A stretch of DNA of 64,000 nucleotides. It comes from Lama guanicoe (taxonomy: Eukaryota). Every line of letters starts with the position of its first letter. Within the stretch, counting starts at the first letter, position 1. The notes beneath the pieces were generated by a model. That model did not search any database and was not told the DNA's origin. It was given only the letters and a program-made list of their open reading frames with translations. The DNA is taken from assembly GCA_013239625.1 (NCBI GenBank), contig MU053379.1, positions 3,925,229 to 3,989,228 on the forward strand, written 5' to 3'. A program made the position numbers and the translations under genes. Positions 35,278 to 48,695 of this stretch are shown piece after piece.

Positions 35278-36971
35278 TAATGTTCTGATTCATGTCTGGC
35301 TATAGTTCTAACTTTTTCCTCAGGATAAACAGGTTGAAGGCCAAGGCCAAGGTCAAAGAACATAAACGTTTATGTCAGCATTTGCTCAGGACACTGCTTT
35401 TCTCTTGAAGTAATATATTGTCGTCTTAAAATTTGGAAGAATCACCAAAAAAGAACCCCATAAAACGAGTAACACCGAAATCCTAAATACTCCTCCAACC
35501 TGGAGAAGAGCCCTGTCAGTCCTGTGGCGCCCGTGCTCCCGCGTGGCGCTGGGAACGCGTGCACCGCTGTTTCTGTGACTATCACTCACTGTTAGTTGTA
35601 GCTCCCCATGTGATTGAATAGTATTGGAAAACGGGGCTTCAGCGTCTTGACCCCCCTCCCACGTCACGCCGAACTGAGCCACGTCCCCTTCGTGGGCTCT
35701 GCTGGGCCCTCCCCCCTTCACTCTCTCAGACACCGTTGCCATCAACATCTCCAGCAGGGGTCTTTGAAAGCCTGCTGGCTCATTCCCACCCAGGGATCAA
35801 GGGCATTGAAAGCAGGATGCACACAGGGGCCTCTTCCTGCTGCTGTTGGCACGTCTGTGTTCTCTGGGCGATTGCAGAGAAGCGCCCCTCTGGGTGGATG
35901 CGCCTCCTCAGAGAGGACGCACTGGAGAACAGGGCCTCTTTCCTAGGGATGGTGAGCAGAGCACGGGCTAGGTTTGTGTACCCACCTTCCTGGCCATGTG
36001 CTTTTGTTGCAGTGAACAACCTGGCCAACCTTCCAGAGCGGTCCTACCACATGTGACTTTTCAACCAAGGTAGATGACAGAGGTGTTTGGCAGATCTAAA
36101 CGTGGTCAGCCCTAATGCTGCTAATCCGTTAGCTGCTTCAAAATGCCTTCCTGATCATGTCGGAGGCCTGCAGGCTGGGGCTTCTGTAGGTCTTTCTGCA
36201 TGGTTTTCATAGCAGCACTGATCAGAGTATGCTTCATTTTTGAAAAAGTAGTCACCACAGGAGTATCTAAACATTCCATTCAGGCAATTGCATGTATTGT
36301 CTGGTTTTCTAATTTACCCAAACTGTGTGATATAAAAAGTCTTACATTATGGACGACAATTAAAAAAAATTACTGTGATCTTTGGAAAATGTCCCCCCGG
36401 CCAATTCAACCGGGCAAATTGTTAAAAACAGCAAGCACCTTGAACACAACCTTGACGTTCATGGTGTGTGAAGTGAACAGCCCTCCGCCAGTCACTGCGG
36501 GGCTCGCTGCTGGTTTTGACGCCCCCCCAGGATTTCCTGGCCTTTTGTCCTAACCTAGTCAGAGTTTTCCGTTCAAAATTTGGAAAGCAGCTGCCACCCG
36601 GAGGCAGACAGAGGACAGATTGCTGACAGGGAAATGGGGACTAAGAGCTCACGTGTCCGTTCTGTGTCTTTCCCACCAGTCCTTTCTGTTGCACGTTTTG
36701 GCTGATGGTTTTTAGACGTATTCGAGTCGCCCTTTGCAGAGCTGAACTCTGATTCACAGCCAGCTGCTCAGGAGACTGAGAAGGCCATGGTGACTTTCCA
36801 CCCCTCAACTTTTGTACAGAAGCTTCATTGCAAAAATCATTCTAGGCTGGTGGACCCCCTGCTGAAAACTGGCTCACATCCCCTCGGATTGTAAAGCAGC
36901 GCCCAGACGGCACCGGGCAGACAGGGACGCCTGCAGGCCTGGTGCGGTCAGGGGACTTGCCCCGACTCGTT

Positions 36972-37310
36972 CTTAACTTTCTATTTTGAAAAATCTCAGA
37001 CTTAAAGTTTTGAAGTAGCTTACAGGATGTCTATGTCTCTCCGCCCACGTTCTCCCAATGTCATCACTTGGCACGTTTCCTCTGTCGCCTGATTCTCTCT
37101 CCCGCCGTGTGTGCTTTCTGAGCACAACGAGGCTCCCGTAGGTACCGGGCGCAGCGCCCAGGCCAGGAGGTCAGCTTCAGCACAGCACTGGTGCCCAGGC
37201 TGCAGCCCTGCTCTCTTTTTACCCGCCGGACTCGCCCTCACCAACACCAGGACTGGTCGGCCTCAGAACCTCTGACGCGACGAATGCACAACCTGCGTCC
37301 AGTCACACAT
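36972..37310 (-). mobile_element. L1MC-like 3' end fossil
   Basis: 'aactttctattttgaaaaatctcagactta...gttctcccaatgtcatcacttggcacgttt'. Confidence 0.45.
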
Positions 37311-38109
37311 CACACAACCCAGAGCGAGGGGCACCCCTGAGCGTAACTGGACAGCACTCTGCAAAAGGGCCACAGGAACCAGACAAGCAGGTAGCAGCCT
37401 CAGCAGAAACCAGTGGGGAAACTTCCAAACACACAGCCCGGCAGCTCTGTCAGGCTGAACGGCTTGTGTGGACGAAGATGAACTAAGTAGCTTAACCACT
37501 GGACAGGGTCCCAGAAAGGCAGATCCTCTCATTCTCATGAAACCCGACGGCACGCTCATAAACACGTCCGCACTCGGCCCCATGTGTGACGGCGCAGACA
37601 GCGTTCCCGGGCATCACCCCCGCCCAGTGTAAGCTGTTACCCTGCAGCCTGACTGAGGCTCGGAGCCTGCAGCCTGGCTGTGTGTCTCTCCTTGGCCACG
37701 AGCTCCTGCAGGACCCGGCGCCCCCCGGGGCTTCTGCCTCTGGAATCTGAGCAGAGCACCCCGGGGGACGTCACCCAGAGCGGAGTTGCTCCCTGCCCCC
37801 TTCCACATCCGAGCACCCCATGGCATTTGTAGCGTAGCGAGCAGGAGATTTAGGGGCACTTCTGGCGCACTTGGTGAGATTTTCATTATGTGTTCTTTAT
37901 GTTACATAATTACGATAAGAAAATAAAATATGATCCCTTTAGAAAAATTTTAAACATAGAATTTGTATCAATCTTCCCCATAAAATATTTTACAGTTTTT
38001 TCTCCCCACCCCCACTGTTTAATGAGAAACTTGAACTTGCCCCTGTAATCTAACTTTACCTTTGTCAGGTTTTATGCTCGGTATGGCTTTACGAAATTCC
38101 TCACTTGCC

Positions 38110-38430
38110 AAGACCTAGGTTAGTCGGGTTTGAAGCTTATACAATTTGAGAGGGAGGGAGAACAGCAAATGGCAAATAGAAAACCAGGGACAAAATTAAT
38201 ATTTATTTACAATGAGGAAAAAAGCCATAAGACATTGCTGGAGACCTGGAGATACAGGTCCCTTTTCTTTACAATAGCTTTAGACCATTACCAGAATTAC
38301 CTACACAGAGAGGGGGTCATGTCTAAAATTCGACCCCCTTCCCCGCCCGCCTCTCTAGTCTCTAAGACTCCCAGCGATTCTCCCAGAGCTTGGGGACCCC
38401 ACCCTGGTTACCCCTTCCATAATGCCACCT
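38110..38430. mobile_element. hAT-Tip100 (Zaphod/MER115-like) DNA transposon fossil
   Basis: 'tgaagcttatacaatttgagagg...aatatttatttacaatgag...ttgctggagacctggagatacaggtcccttt' matches the recalled consensus. Confidence 0.45.
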
Positions 38431-39269
38431 TCTCATAGTCACTGTGAATGAGAACGTTTGTTTACTCAACAAGTCATAAAAACAGCCATTGTGCATCGTT
38501 GATAAATGTACAACAGTTGAACTATTAAATAACCAAAAGCTTCCGCTTTTCCTTTATGGAAAAATAAGCGATTTCAACTTCTTAGGATAATGAGCATGGA
38601 TTTCTAATTCACTCCACTTCTGTGTGTCACACTCAGGCTTCGAAGGAACGATGAAGATTTATTCTGCAGGATACACAAGCCAAGTGACGCCAGTCGTGTT
38701 GTGCATGGAGTTTGGACGGAAAGGGCACTTTAGCCACAAAGACGTCCGTTTCTGACACTCTAGAGGACAGGGCTTTGGGGGCAAGGCCTGGAGTGACACA
38801 GACAGGTGCCCCTGCAGGCGCCCCCACTCCCAGGCTCCAGGCTGCCCTGCCAGCCCCACGGCGTCCTGGGGTCCCCGTAATGCAGCCCCCTGCCAGCTGC
38901 TCCATCTCCTCTGCTGGGCACAGCCTCCCCCCTGCACGAGTAGATGGCAGGGGTGAGCAGGGGCTTGGGCCCCATGAGGATGCCACTTGTCATGTGGGGA
39001 CCACAGAGCAAGCCTGCCTCCCCTGGGCCACTGTCCCAAGAGCCCTAGCCAGGCTGCCTCGGCGTCAAACACAGCCGTGCCCAGCTGCAGCCGAGGGGCT
39101 GGAAATGCCCCCTCTCTCCGCTCCCCTCTCTCACGGGGCCGGATGCTCTGCTCTGAAGAACAGGGTGCTTTGCAACTTCAAAAGTTTAGGTCAAAAACCA
39201 TAGACGGTGTGCAGGAAAGAGGGCCTTTAAAGTGACCAAGTAGCCTCAGAGGTTTCTGGCACAGAAACC

Positions 39270-40590
39270 CTAAGAGAAATGCCCGTCGACGGGGCGAGGA
39301 CAGCAGGAGACCGGCATCAGAGCGACAGCCCGGGGCTCCGCGGTGGCGGCCGAACGCCGTCGGGGAGGCAGAGAGGGCGGCTTCCAGCAGGTTCCCCGGC
39401 CCCCAGGCAGCACGGTGCGCGGGACGCCGTGTGCCTCGGGGGCAGCGTCCCGGCGTGTGACGTCCCCTCCAGCCCTGCGGCCGCGCCGGCCGCCCCGCTT
39501 CGCCAGAACCCGGCCCCCAGTTACGAAGATCGGATGGGGAGCTCTCCGAGAGCGGCGGGGAAGGCCTGTGTTTATTTCCCTTTTTACGTGATTGTAGCAT
39601 GTCTGGCGTTTCAAGGTCAGCTCTAAGAGGCCACGGGTACCCGCCACACGTTGCTACTGTTGCAGCTCAGCTCATTCCAGAAAGAAACCTCGGAGCTTCG
39701 TCCCGAGGAGCTGAGGAGAAACGCTTCCTCTCCCCGTCTCCGTCGGACGGGCCGTTCTGTACAGATGTACTTGAGGACCGAAAACAGACAGAAAGGGGAG
39801 GAATCACAGACACGGCACATGATCGCAGCCTTGGGCAGCGCGCGAGGGGGAGAAGACACTTGCACGGAGGCCGGCTGAGTTCTCCGCAGATCCGCGGCGC
39901 ACACGCAGCTCAGGTTACTGTGGTTTATTTTGCCTGCATGTGCAAATAATCCGTTTGCCTGTAACACTCGCTGGGGAGTCACTTTCCCTCTGGATCAACC
40001 TTCCTGGGTCTCAAGCCAGCTCCGGCCTGCAGGCCCCCAGCCCCCAAGCCACACGCCGAGGCGGCGCCCCAGCCTGCTGTCCCCGGGGGGCGGCCCCGCG
40101 CCCCGCTCCCTGTCCCCCGCGGCAGCCGGGATTGACCCGGCCCTCCTGCGGGCTCTCCGCGCCACGCGGCTGCAGGGCTCTCCCTCACCTGCAGCGCTGT
40201 GACGGCCAGACCTCACATTTAAAAAATCGTGGATCCAGAGGAAAATAAATAAGACCCCTCGGCCGCGCGCGCCGGGGACGCTGCTCCAGCGGGACGCGCA
40301 GACCCTGAGGTTTCGCTTCAGGCGGGTCTGCCCTTTGGGGTGAAGGAGACTTCTGGGGAGGTTTTCAGTCAGAATCCCGAGGCCGGCGAACTCTGACACC
40401 CCCCAAGGTCATGAGCTTTGCGGGGGGCGCAGGGAAGGCGCGGGAACCCCCGCTTGCAGGCACGCTTTGTTCACGTCCCCTTCCCGGCCACTGCGGGAGC
40501 GAAGCAGCACCTCCGGGCCCGTCAGGCCCCCAGCAGCCTCCGGTGTTTCAGTCAGACCTCCAGCTGCCGCATCGGAGCCAGCCGAACGCG
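39270..40590. promoter_or_regulatory. Largest CpG island of the window; no repeat origin recognised
   Basis: About 1.3 kb of high GC/CpG with internal AT-richer patches carrying FOX, NR5A/ERR and RUNX motifs. Confidence 0.75.
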
Positions 40591-40832
40591 ATCAGAGAAC
40601 AAAAAGCCTGGAAAACTGGGAAGTCTTGGAAAATGGTTCATTAATTTGAGTTTTTTTTAAAACATGTTTTATCCACACACACATCCACAAATACAGAGAT
40701 TATAAAGGGGAACAGGTTTATTGAGAATGAAATATAAATTTTATCTACATACATTAGGGCATTTCCTTCAGATTCTTAACATCTGTTGATACGTATTTTT
40801 TTTGATGTCTGTGATCGAGTTTTTGGCAGGAC

Positions 40833-40856
40833 TGTGTGTGTGTGTGTGTGTGTGTG
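40833..40856. repeat. (TG)12 microsatellite
   Basis: Read directly from sequence. Confidence 0.95.
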
Positions 40857-41726
40857 CATTTTTAGAACTGGAAAGAAAAATACAGTAATTTTAAAGTAAA
40901 CAGAATGAAATGGTTTCTCCCCGTTCAGTATTTTTTTTGTGCTAGTCCTCCTGAAACCACTTCCATCTGCAACTTTATCTTCAGAAGTTTTAATTATATT
41001 TTTAATTTTGCCACTTGATTTTGATGAGTGCTGTTGGCAATGGATTCAGACGGCAGGGCCAGGTTTAATCGATTGCGAGTGGCGTCTATAACCTCTGGTT
41101 GGGGAAGTAAATAGCAGGAGAGCAGAAGCTCAGTGGCACGTTCCCTTCTCTTTCAAACATATGTTCTTGTTTAATAAATTCTCCCTCAAATAAAATAAGC
41201 CCGTAGTTACTGGTGGTCAGTTGCACATAATAGGAGCTACTACAGTTTCCCATTTAAAAAAAAATACAAGGCGGCAATAAAGCAAACCATGAGTCTCTTT
41301 ATTGGGTATGAAGTAATAAACCAGTGGTTATAATGATGCTTCCTATCATGTGCCTTAGAGGAAAACGACCTTGACTGCTCCGTTTGGCTTGGGGAGGGAC
41401 GCCTTGGCTCCGTGGTACAGAAAGCCGGTATGCGATCAGATTCCACCTCTCTGCTCTGTGTTCTTACAGCAGCGATCGCAGCCAGAATTAAGTGCATGAC
41501 GTGCTGTTGAGTGTCTCAGTCTTCCACGCAGCTCCACCTACGGCCCTGAGTCACCGCAGGTGTGCATGGGATTAGCATCCACGCGGAGGAGAAAGGCAGA
41601 CGGGATGGAGGGAAGCAGAGAGGAGAAGAGAGAGAGAAGAGCAAGTGGGAAAAAATGAAAGGAGGAGGAGACAATGGCCAAGAAAGGAAGACAAGGAAAA
41701 AGAAAGTAGAAAAGATCAAAATGCAC

Positions 41727-41920
41727 AATAGATAAACAAGACTATACTATGTGGCACAGGGAAATATATACAAGATCTTGTGGCAGCTCACAGCGAAAAA
41801 GAATGCGACAATGAACATATGTACGTTCATGTATAACTGAAAAATTGTGCTCTGCACTGGAATTCGACAACATCGTAAACTGACTACAACTCAATAAAAA
41901 ATGTTAGGAAAAAGAAAAGA
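41727..41920 (+). mobile_element. Lineage-specific L1 3' end (second subfamily)
   Basis: 'gcacagggaaatatatacaagatcttgtggcagctcacagcgaaaaagaatg...gtataactgaaaaattgtgctct...ctcaataaaaaatgtta' plus A-rich tail. Confidence 0.85.
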
Positions 41921-44900
41921 AAGCAGAAAGGAGAAAGACAATGGACAGGAAAAAAAAAGGCTCTGAGTTACTGAGAACCTACCATCTTCAGGTCCTGTTA
42001 GGCTCCTTCAGTCCACTCTTCAGGGAACCTGCACCAAACAGGGTTTCTAACTTCGCTTCTCTTTTTAAGGCAAACGAGCCACAGCGCTAGTAAAGCATTT
42101 CCAGAGCCCGTGTCTGGAGCGCTCTGCGCTGCACCTTGCCGCCAGCAGGAAACACAACACTCTTCCACCGAATGCAGAGGCAGCCAAGACAGCAGAGGTG
42201 TTTCAGCCACAAAGTGTCACTTTGTGCGGGGTGCCGGGGCCGCGCCCCGCCACCGCGGGTCCATGTTGCTGGGAACCACGGGGTGACACAGCCCACGAAT
42301 CCAGATGAAGCCCGAACATCATTACTCCTGACAGGAACCACATTTTGCCGACGACCTGAGGACTGTTGTTGGACGCGGGTCCTAGTCCCCTGGAAGTGAT
42401 ATGGAACGCCCAGGGAATTTCCCTTAAAGACGCAATAATTCACGGCTGGATATTAACCAGCTCTGTGACATGCAGCCCTGCCACTTCATCTTCTCGTTTC
42501 ACTGGCCCTAACCCTGCCGAACGTTCCTAATACAGCGGGGGTGTTTGGTGAAATACGACTTTCTGACTGAACGAGTGCCCGCGGGCCCCCGTGATAAACA
42601 GTTCGAGCGCGCTGCGGCTTGCAGTGGGGGCGAGGGCGAGAGCCTCCAGATGGGTTTGCTTTGTTGGCAACCCCCTCCCCACACCCCCCCAACCAAATTA
42701 TCTCCGTTTATATTTCATCACATCTGACTGTGACCAATAATTTTTGTATGGCGAGCATCAGCAGCCCGGCCGGCCTCGCACAGCGCCGTTTTTCCTGTGT
42801 CTTTGTCTTGCTTTCTGCTGCCAAGCTGCATCGGACTGGAAGGCAGTTTTACAGAAGGGAAGTTTTAAAGGAGCATTTACTGGGTGGCGGGATGGATAGG
42901 AGCCGCGGCATGGAATAGTTAAAGTCTATCCACCTTATCGCCGTGGCTTCCCCCACCTTTTTATTACCTTTGCTGGCTTCCTCTGGTGAACATATTTCAT
43001 TTGCTCCCGGTGTATTTTTCCAGCACTAAAGCTATGCTTTTTTTAGGTCTACCTAGAAAATTTTCAGTTACATCATTTGCACAAATATGTTGATGTTAAC
43101 ATTGAAAAACCTCTTTGCTTGCAGTTGTATATTTTATTTGGCTAAAAACGGCCCATGTCTAATACATCACATGTCCTTTGGTGATACTATTTAAGCGAGA
43201 AATTCCAAAACTCACAAATACCGAATAGCCAAAAGTTCCAAAGCGGTGCCTGAACGCAAAACATGCAATATATCTCCTCCTTTTCCAAACAGAAATAGAT
43301 TTCTCTCTGATTTGTTTGATAAATTTGACCCAAGATTTCCATTTGGAGTTATTGGAGTTCCTACTGTTTTTCTGCGTGTTGGTGGCCCAAGGCCTAATCA
43401 CCCCAAGCCCCACGGAGGCTATAAATTACAGCGATGAGGCGAAGCCTTGTAGTCCTTGGGCTGCGGGGAAGGACCATTTTGCTGCAGCCTATTTTGACAG
43501 GCATGAATTTAATTCATTGTTTTATGACAGATGGGAAAAGTGTACATGCTCATAGTCCTGATTTATGGTCATTTGGGTCTGGAGGATTCTATAATTTGCA
43601 GCTAATGTGAAAACAGATGGATAGACAGACACCAAAGTTTAGGCTGACCCCCGGGTTCTCTCCCCTGGTTACAAATGGTGTCCATATGCGACCAGTCTCT
43701 GTGGGTGAGGTCCACGCCGACGGCCAGACTCCGCAGAACCCGCTGCTCCATTCTTTTCCTTCCTGAGTAAGTCGGCAAAAGCGAAATTTGGGGAACGTTT
43801 CCAACCTTGCTATTTCAGGAGTTGTTCTCTGCCTTCTGCACGTGTGGAATTCTTCCTTTCCTTTCTTTTTAAATTAAAAAGCATTTCTCTGAGGTTTGCG
43901 CAGCGTCTTGATTATTAACCGAACAGCCAATACCATCTAGACGAATGGTTGGATGTTTTCATTTCAGTTGACAAATTTGTTTTAATAGAATGATTGATTG
44001 AAAGTCATCTGTTGGGGGAGTTTCAAAGGAAATGCCTTGAGCTGGGGACGAGAGTGCGTATTTTCGTGAGAAACGTGTTTGTGCTTCCATAAATGAATTT
44101 CCACTTTAGCAATCACTTGGCATTTTTAGAAAATAAATGGGTTAGCAAGTAAAATTCCTTGGCTGATGCTAAGAAGGGTTTAATACATTTTTGACTATTA
44201 AAGGACTTCACCAAAGAGGTCACAACAATGATCACATCTGTTTTTGAAGAAAGACATTTTAGACCTACAGGAACAAGGAAAAGCCATAGTGAACTTTGTG
44301 GAGTTGGTACCTGTAATCTGTTAAAACATATAATGTTAAGAAATTATTTGTATCTTGTTATTGAGGATTGTGTTCAATTATTATGAACTCCATTTCATAA
44401 CATTTCAGTATTAAAACAAACCAGGTTATTTGTTTTAGTTAAGAAAGTAGAGTCAAGTTGTATTTAATTCCTCTTCCTCTTGAAAAGTGGAAATCTTGAT
44501 TTCTGTTCCTTAGATAAGAGTACAAAACTTAGATATAATTAAGGACTGCTTTCCTCTTGACCAAATCAGCATTTTGACAATAAATGTCAAAAGATATAGT
44601 GTTTTAAAATGTTAAAATATTGCCTTTTTAAAAATCCCATTTTAAAGTTGCATTTTAACCAAGCTAATGGCTAATCCTGTGGCAGCAAGCGACAGCAAGC
44701 GACCTGGGCTGGTCCAATCAGCAGGGTGTTTGCAACTTCATACGTGCTGTGAAGACGGCGGCGTCTCACCTCATGGACACGTCCACTTTGTACACTTACC
44801 CCAGGAAGGGAACATTTTAAGTGACTGATAACTAATTTCTATTGGCATCGAGAAAAAAATAAACCAACCGCGCCAAAGGCGTGTTTCCTCCCCACTGCGG

Positions 44901-46169
44901 TCTCCTTAACCACGAGCTCCTTGTTAACTATGGAGAGAAGACCACGAGCATCTGTTTTCCACGCTCGACTCCCTGAGGATGCGGGCTTGGGAGGCCGTCT
45001 CCTTTCCGGACCAGGGCTGCCGCCATCCCACCGCCAGGGCACGTGGGAAAGCTGGCGGGCTCAGAGAGGGCAGGGGCCGCCCTTACAGACTTTGTCCTTG
45101 TCCACGTCTGTTACAGGGTCGGACTGTTGATACAAGACAGTCTTATTCTCTGTGTCACCTGACATCAAAACGGGTGCCAAGGACTTCCTTTTATTACATA
45201 CTTTTTGGAGTGGTTGTGGTGAATTTTATTTGTCTATTCAGGTCGGTTGCCTGGAAAGGGCCATAATGGACCCCATGAGCACTGGGAAAGGTCGGGGGAA
45301 GCCACTGGCCACCTTGCAGGGGTACCATCCATCCCTGCTCACACGGGTCCCTGCCTGCATCTCACTTTCCTTCCTCTGCCAGAACTTTTCCTCCTTCCCA
45401 ACCTCTTCATCTCCTCAGTGGTATCTGGTGCCAGGCTGGATGGCAGTGGGGGACGTCATCTCCGGGGCTTCACGAGCCCTCCTGCTTCCCCGAGCTCTCT
45501 GGTCACCTCCCTCCCAAGCTCATACACTGTCCCGGGGCTGGTTATTCAGACCTTTCTCTTTTAAGGGGAGCCTGACTTGATTCTACTAACTTTCAGAATC
45601 CCATCACCTACCTCACTGCCTGGAGCATAGGAATTGTGCAGTTAAAATGAGTCAGAAGTTGAACACGTGAAAGAAAGTTGAACCTTAAGTCAGCTAAGCA
45701 ATGAGGGCAATCAGTCAGGATGCCGTCGGCCGGAGTAAACACAGTGAGTACCGGTGACCTAGCGCAGTGAGCCCTGTGCGCCGGGAGGGCAGCCGCTGCG
45801 CTCTCTGCCGAACGCTCCCAGCACCCTGCCCCCCGGCACCGTGGAGGCTCACACTTCCCGGACACCTCATGCTTGGGGGGCCCTGGGACTGCCTGACCGT
45901 GGGTCACAAACACAAGTGATGAGCATCATTTCCAGGCAAGAACACTTAACTGCTGGAGGGCAGCACTCCAGGGTTAGCGAGGGGACCAGCGATATTTGAA
46001 ACATGGCTGAGTGATAATGAGCAGAGATCTCTGTGGATGAGAAACAGAAATATAGATGAGATTATTGTCTTCAGTCACTGAATAGCTATTAGCCATTAAT
46101 TAACACAGATGAGAAAGGGCTCACAAAATAACATCAAATGGAAAAATAGGGTTAAAAATATGTTATCCG

Positions 46170-46760
46170 TGTATGAAACCAACATCAAGTCTGCGTGTGT
46201 GTAGAAAATAATGTAACAAACACCGAAGGAAAAAACACACCCAAACATTCAGTTTTTACCTTTGGGTATTGGGACTACTGAGTTTAATTGTCTTATATTT
46301 ATTTCTGTCTTTTCTAAGGCAAATGACTATTATTACCAGATGTAAAATGTAGGCTTTATACTAGATCTTTATAGTGGTTATATAGTATTTTGCTATACGA
46401 ATATATAAATAAATTTAGCCTCTTCTTATTGTTACGAATTTAAGTTGTGGTTTTCTACTCTTTCCTTAAGACGGTGATTATCCTTGTGTGTAACTTTTAC
46501 CCAGAAGTTCAATTATACCCATAGGATTGATAGAAGATTTAGTTACTCAACAGTTACAGATACTTTAGGTCTACATAAATTCTATTAAATTGCTATCATT
46601 AATGATTTTATCAACTCCACTTTTATCAGTAGGAGTGCTTATCCATAAAAATGACAGTATTGAGGAGGTTTTTCTTTGTAAACTTTATAATTTGATAGGG
46701 AAAAATCTTCTAAGCATATTTTCTTAATTGAATGTGCCTTAAACCACCCACGATAAAGCA
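46170..46760. mobile_element. L1ME-like fragments in both orientations
   Basis: AT-rich; 'gaaggaaaaaacacacccaaacatt...tacctttgggtattggga' (+) followed by antisense 'tatatagtatttt...ccttgtgtgta...actccactttt'. Confidence 0.42.
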
Positions 46761-46779
46761 CCAATGTTTTTCTAATAAT

Positions 46780-47037
46780 TGTTAATCCATTGAACTGACC
46801 CACTGCACTAGAATCTATGTGAGGCCACCTGTGTCTCAATTGTGTAAGTTTGACATCAGTTGAACCTGTCTTCTCATTTGACAGGACAAGTCCACTGATG
46901 ACACCTTTGGACACCAAGGCAATGCCAAACTACTACAAAAGTTTTAAACATTTACACTCAGTTTCCACATTTATGCGGATTGGTAGCAAATAGTTCCTGG
47001 ATCAACACCAGCTGTAGGTCACACTTAAGTAGCACTG
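46780..47037 (-). mobile_element. hAT-Charlie (Charlie4a-like) fragment
   Basis: 'gcaatgccaaactactacaaaagttttaaacatttacactcagtttcc...cacacttaagtagcactg' hAT-type terminus. Confidence 0.55.
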
Positions 47038-47289
47038 ACTTAGATTTCTTTAATTTTAGTTAGGTAGCTAGCACATTCTCAACTTTAACTTTTACTTCAT
47101 TTTTGGCAAGTCCTCCTTTCATCATCTTTGCTTCTTTATCTGTTGGGCTCGTAGTTCCTGCCACCTGTATGGATTCAGCATCTACTAAACCTTTTGTCTC
47201 TTTTTGATGGCTGTATATATTATGTGTTTCTGGATTCTTTATTTATGTCTCATCTTTATTATCAAAAGAATTTGAGTGTCCATATTCTC

Positions 47290-48536
47290 ATGTTGAAAGT
47301 AAAAGGATAGAGAATACAGGCCATGAAAAAGTAACCAAAAGAGACCTGGAATAGATGTACTGTTATCTGACAAAATAAACTTTGTCAAAAATTGTTACAA
47401 GAGACAAAGAAGGGAATTATATTTCATAAAAGAGTCAATCCATCAAGAAGACATAACAATTATAAATACATATGCACCTAATAACTCAGCCCCAAAATAC
47501 CTGAGGCAAAAGTTGAAAGAATCAAAGGGGGAAATAATTCAATAATAATAGTTGAAGACTTTCATAATGGGTAAAACAAAGAGACAGAAGGTTAACAAGG
47601 GATCAGAAAATCTGAATAACAATATAACCAATGAGACATAACAGAACCTTCCAACCAACAACAGCAGAGAACACATCCACAAGGACATCATATGTTGGGC
47701 CATAAAATCTGTCACAATAAATATAAAAGAACTGAAAGCATACAAGATATTTTCTCAGACTACAATGGAATAGTATTAGAAATTAATAGCAGGGTAGGGA
47801 AGTTGGAGGAAGGTGGTCAAAAGTTACAAACACCAAGCAATAAGATACATCATAAGTACTGGGGGTGTAAGGTGCAACATGATGACTGTAACTAACACTG
47901 CTCTGTGGTATATAGGAAGGCTGTTGAGAAAGTAGATCCTAAAAGTTCTCATCATAAGGAAAAAACAAATTATTTTCTTTTTTTGTATTTGCCTGAGATG
48001 ATGAATATTAACCAGAACTATTGTGGTAATCATTTCACAATATACATAAGTCAGGTCATTTTGCTGTGTACCTTAAACTTATACAGTGCTGTATGTCAAC
48101 TATATCTCAATAAAGCTGAAAGAAAAAATCCACAGAAAGAAATATGGAAGAGCACAGATAAATGAAAATTAAACAATACTCTCAAATAACCAATGGGTAA
48201 AAAAAAATCACAGTGAATATAGATCCAAGAATCCTTGACAAATACTAGGAAACCAAATCCAAAATCGTGTCAAAAAGACTATACAGAATGACCAAGTGGG
48301 ATCTATCCAAGAATGCATGATTAGTTCAACATATAAGAATCAATCAGAAATACACAATAAGCTCAAAGAATATAATAAAAACCACAAGATCATTTCAAGA
48401 AATGCAGAAAAGGCAATGGAAAAATCTAACACTCTTCCATAATAAAAAATATCCAACAAACAAGGAATAGCCCAAACATTCTCAACCTGATAGAATATCT
48501 ACAAAAAACACAGCTAACATCATACTTAACTGTGAG
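47290..48536 (+). mobile_element. Old L1 ORF2 fragment (endonuclease and start of RT region), internally deleted and interrupted
   Basis: 'agagacaaagaagggaattata...tcaatccatcaagaagacataacaattataaatacatatgcacctaataac' (RDKEG..SIHQEDITIINIYAPN) and 'gaccaagtgggatctatcc...gatcatttcaagaaatgcagaaaaggca'. Confidence 0.82.
47792..48128 (+). mobile_element. Younger L1 (L1MA-like) 3'UTR nested in the old L1
   Basis: 'gaaggtggtcaaaagttacaaac...taccttaaacttatacagtgctgtatgtcaactatatctcaataaagctg' plus A tail; host L1 resumes in register afterwards. Confidence 0.8.
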
Positions 48537-48666
48537 GGCAGTAATCGGTCAACCAACCAATAGGGACTTACTTAGCTCCCACTGAATCAGGTGTCTTCTG
48601 CCAGGTCTGGGGGGTGGAGCAGGGTGGGAGACCCCAAAGAGAAATGCAGACAGCCAGGCTCTGCCT

Positions 48667-48694
48667 CTCTCCCACTGAGCTATACCCTCCTCCC
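48667..48694 (-). mobile_element. Possible 5' remnant of the tRNA-derived SINE
   Basis: 'ccactgagctataccctcc' is the reverse complement of ggagggtatagctcagtgg; compare 58510-58532; only about 25 bp. Confidence 0.35.
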
Positions 48695-48695
48695 A

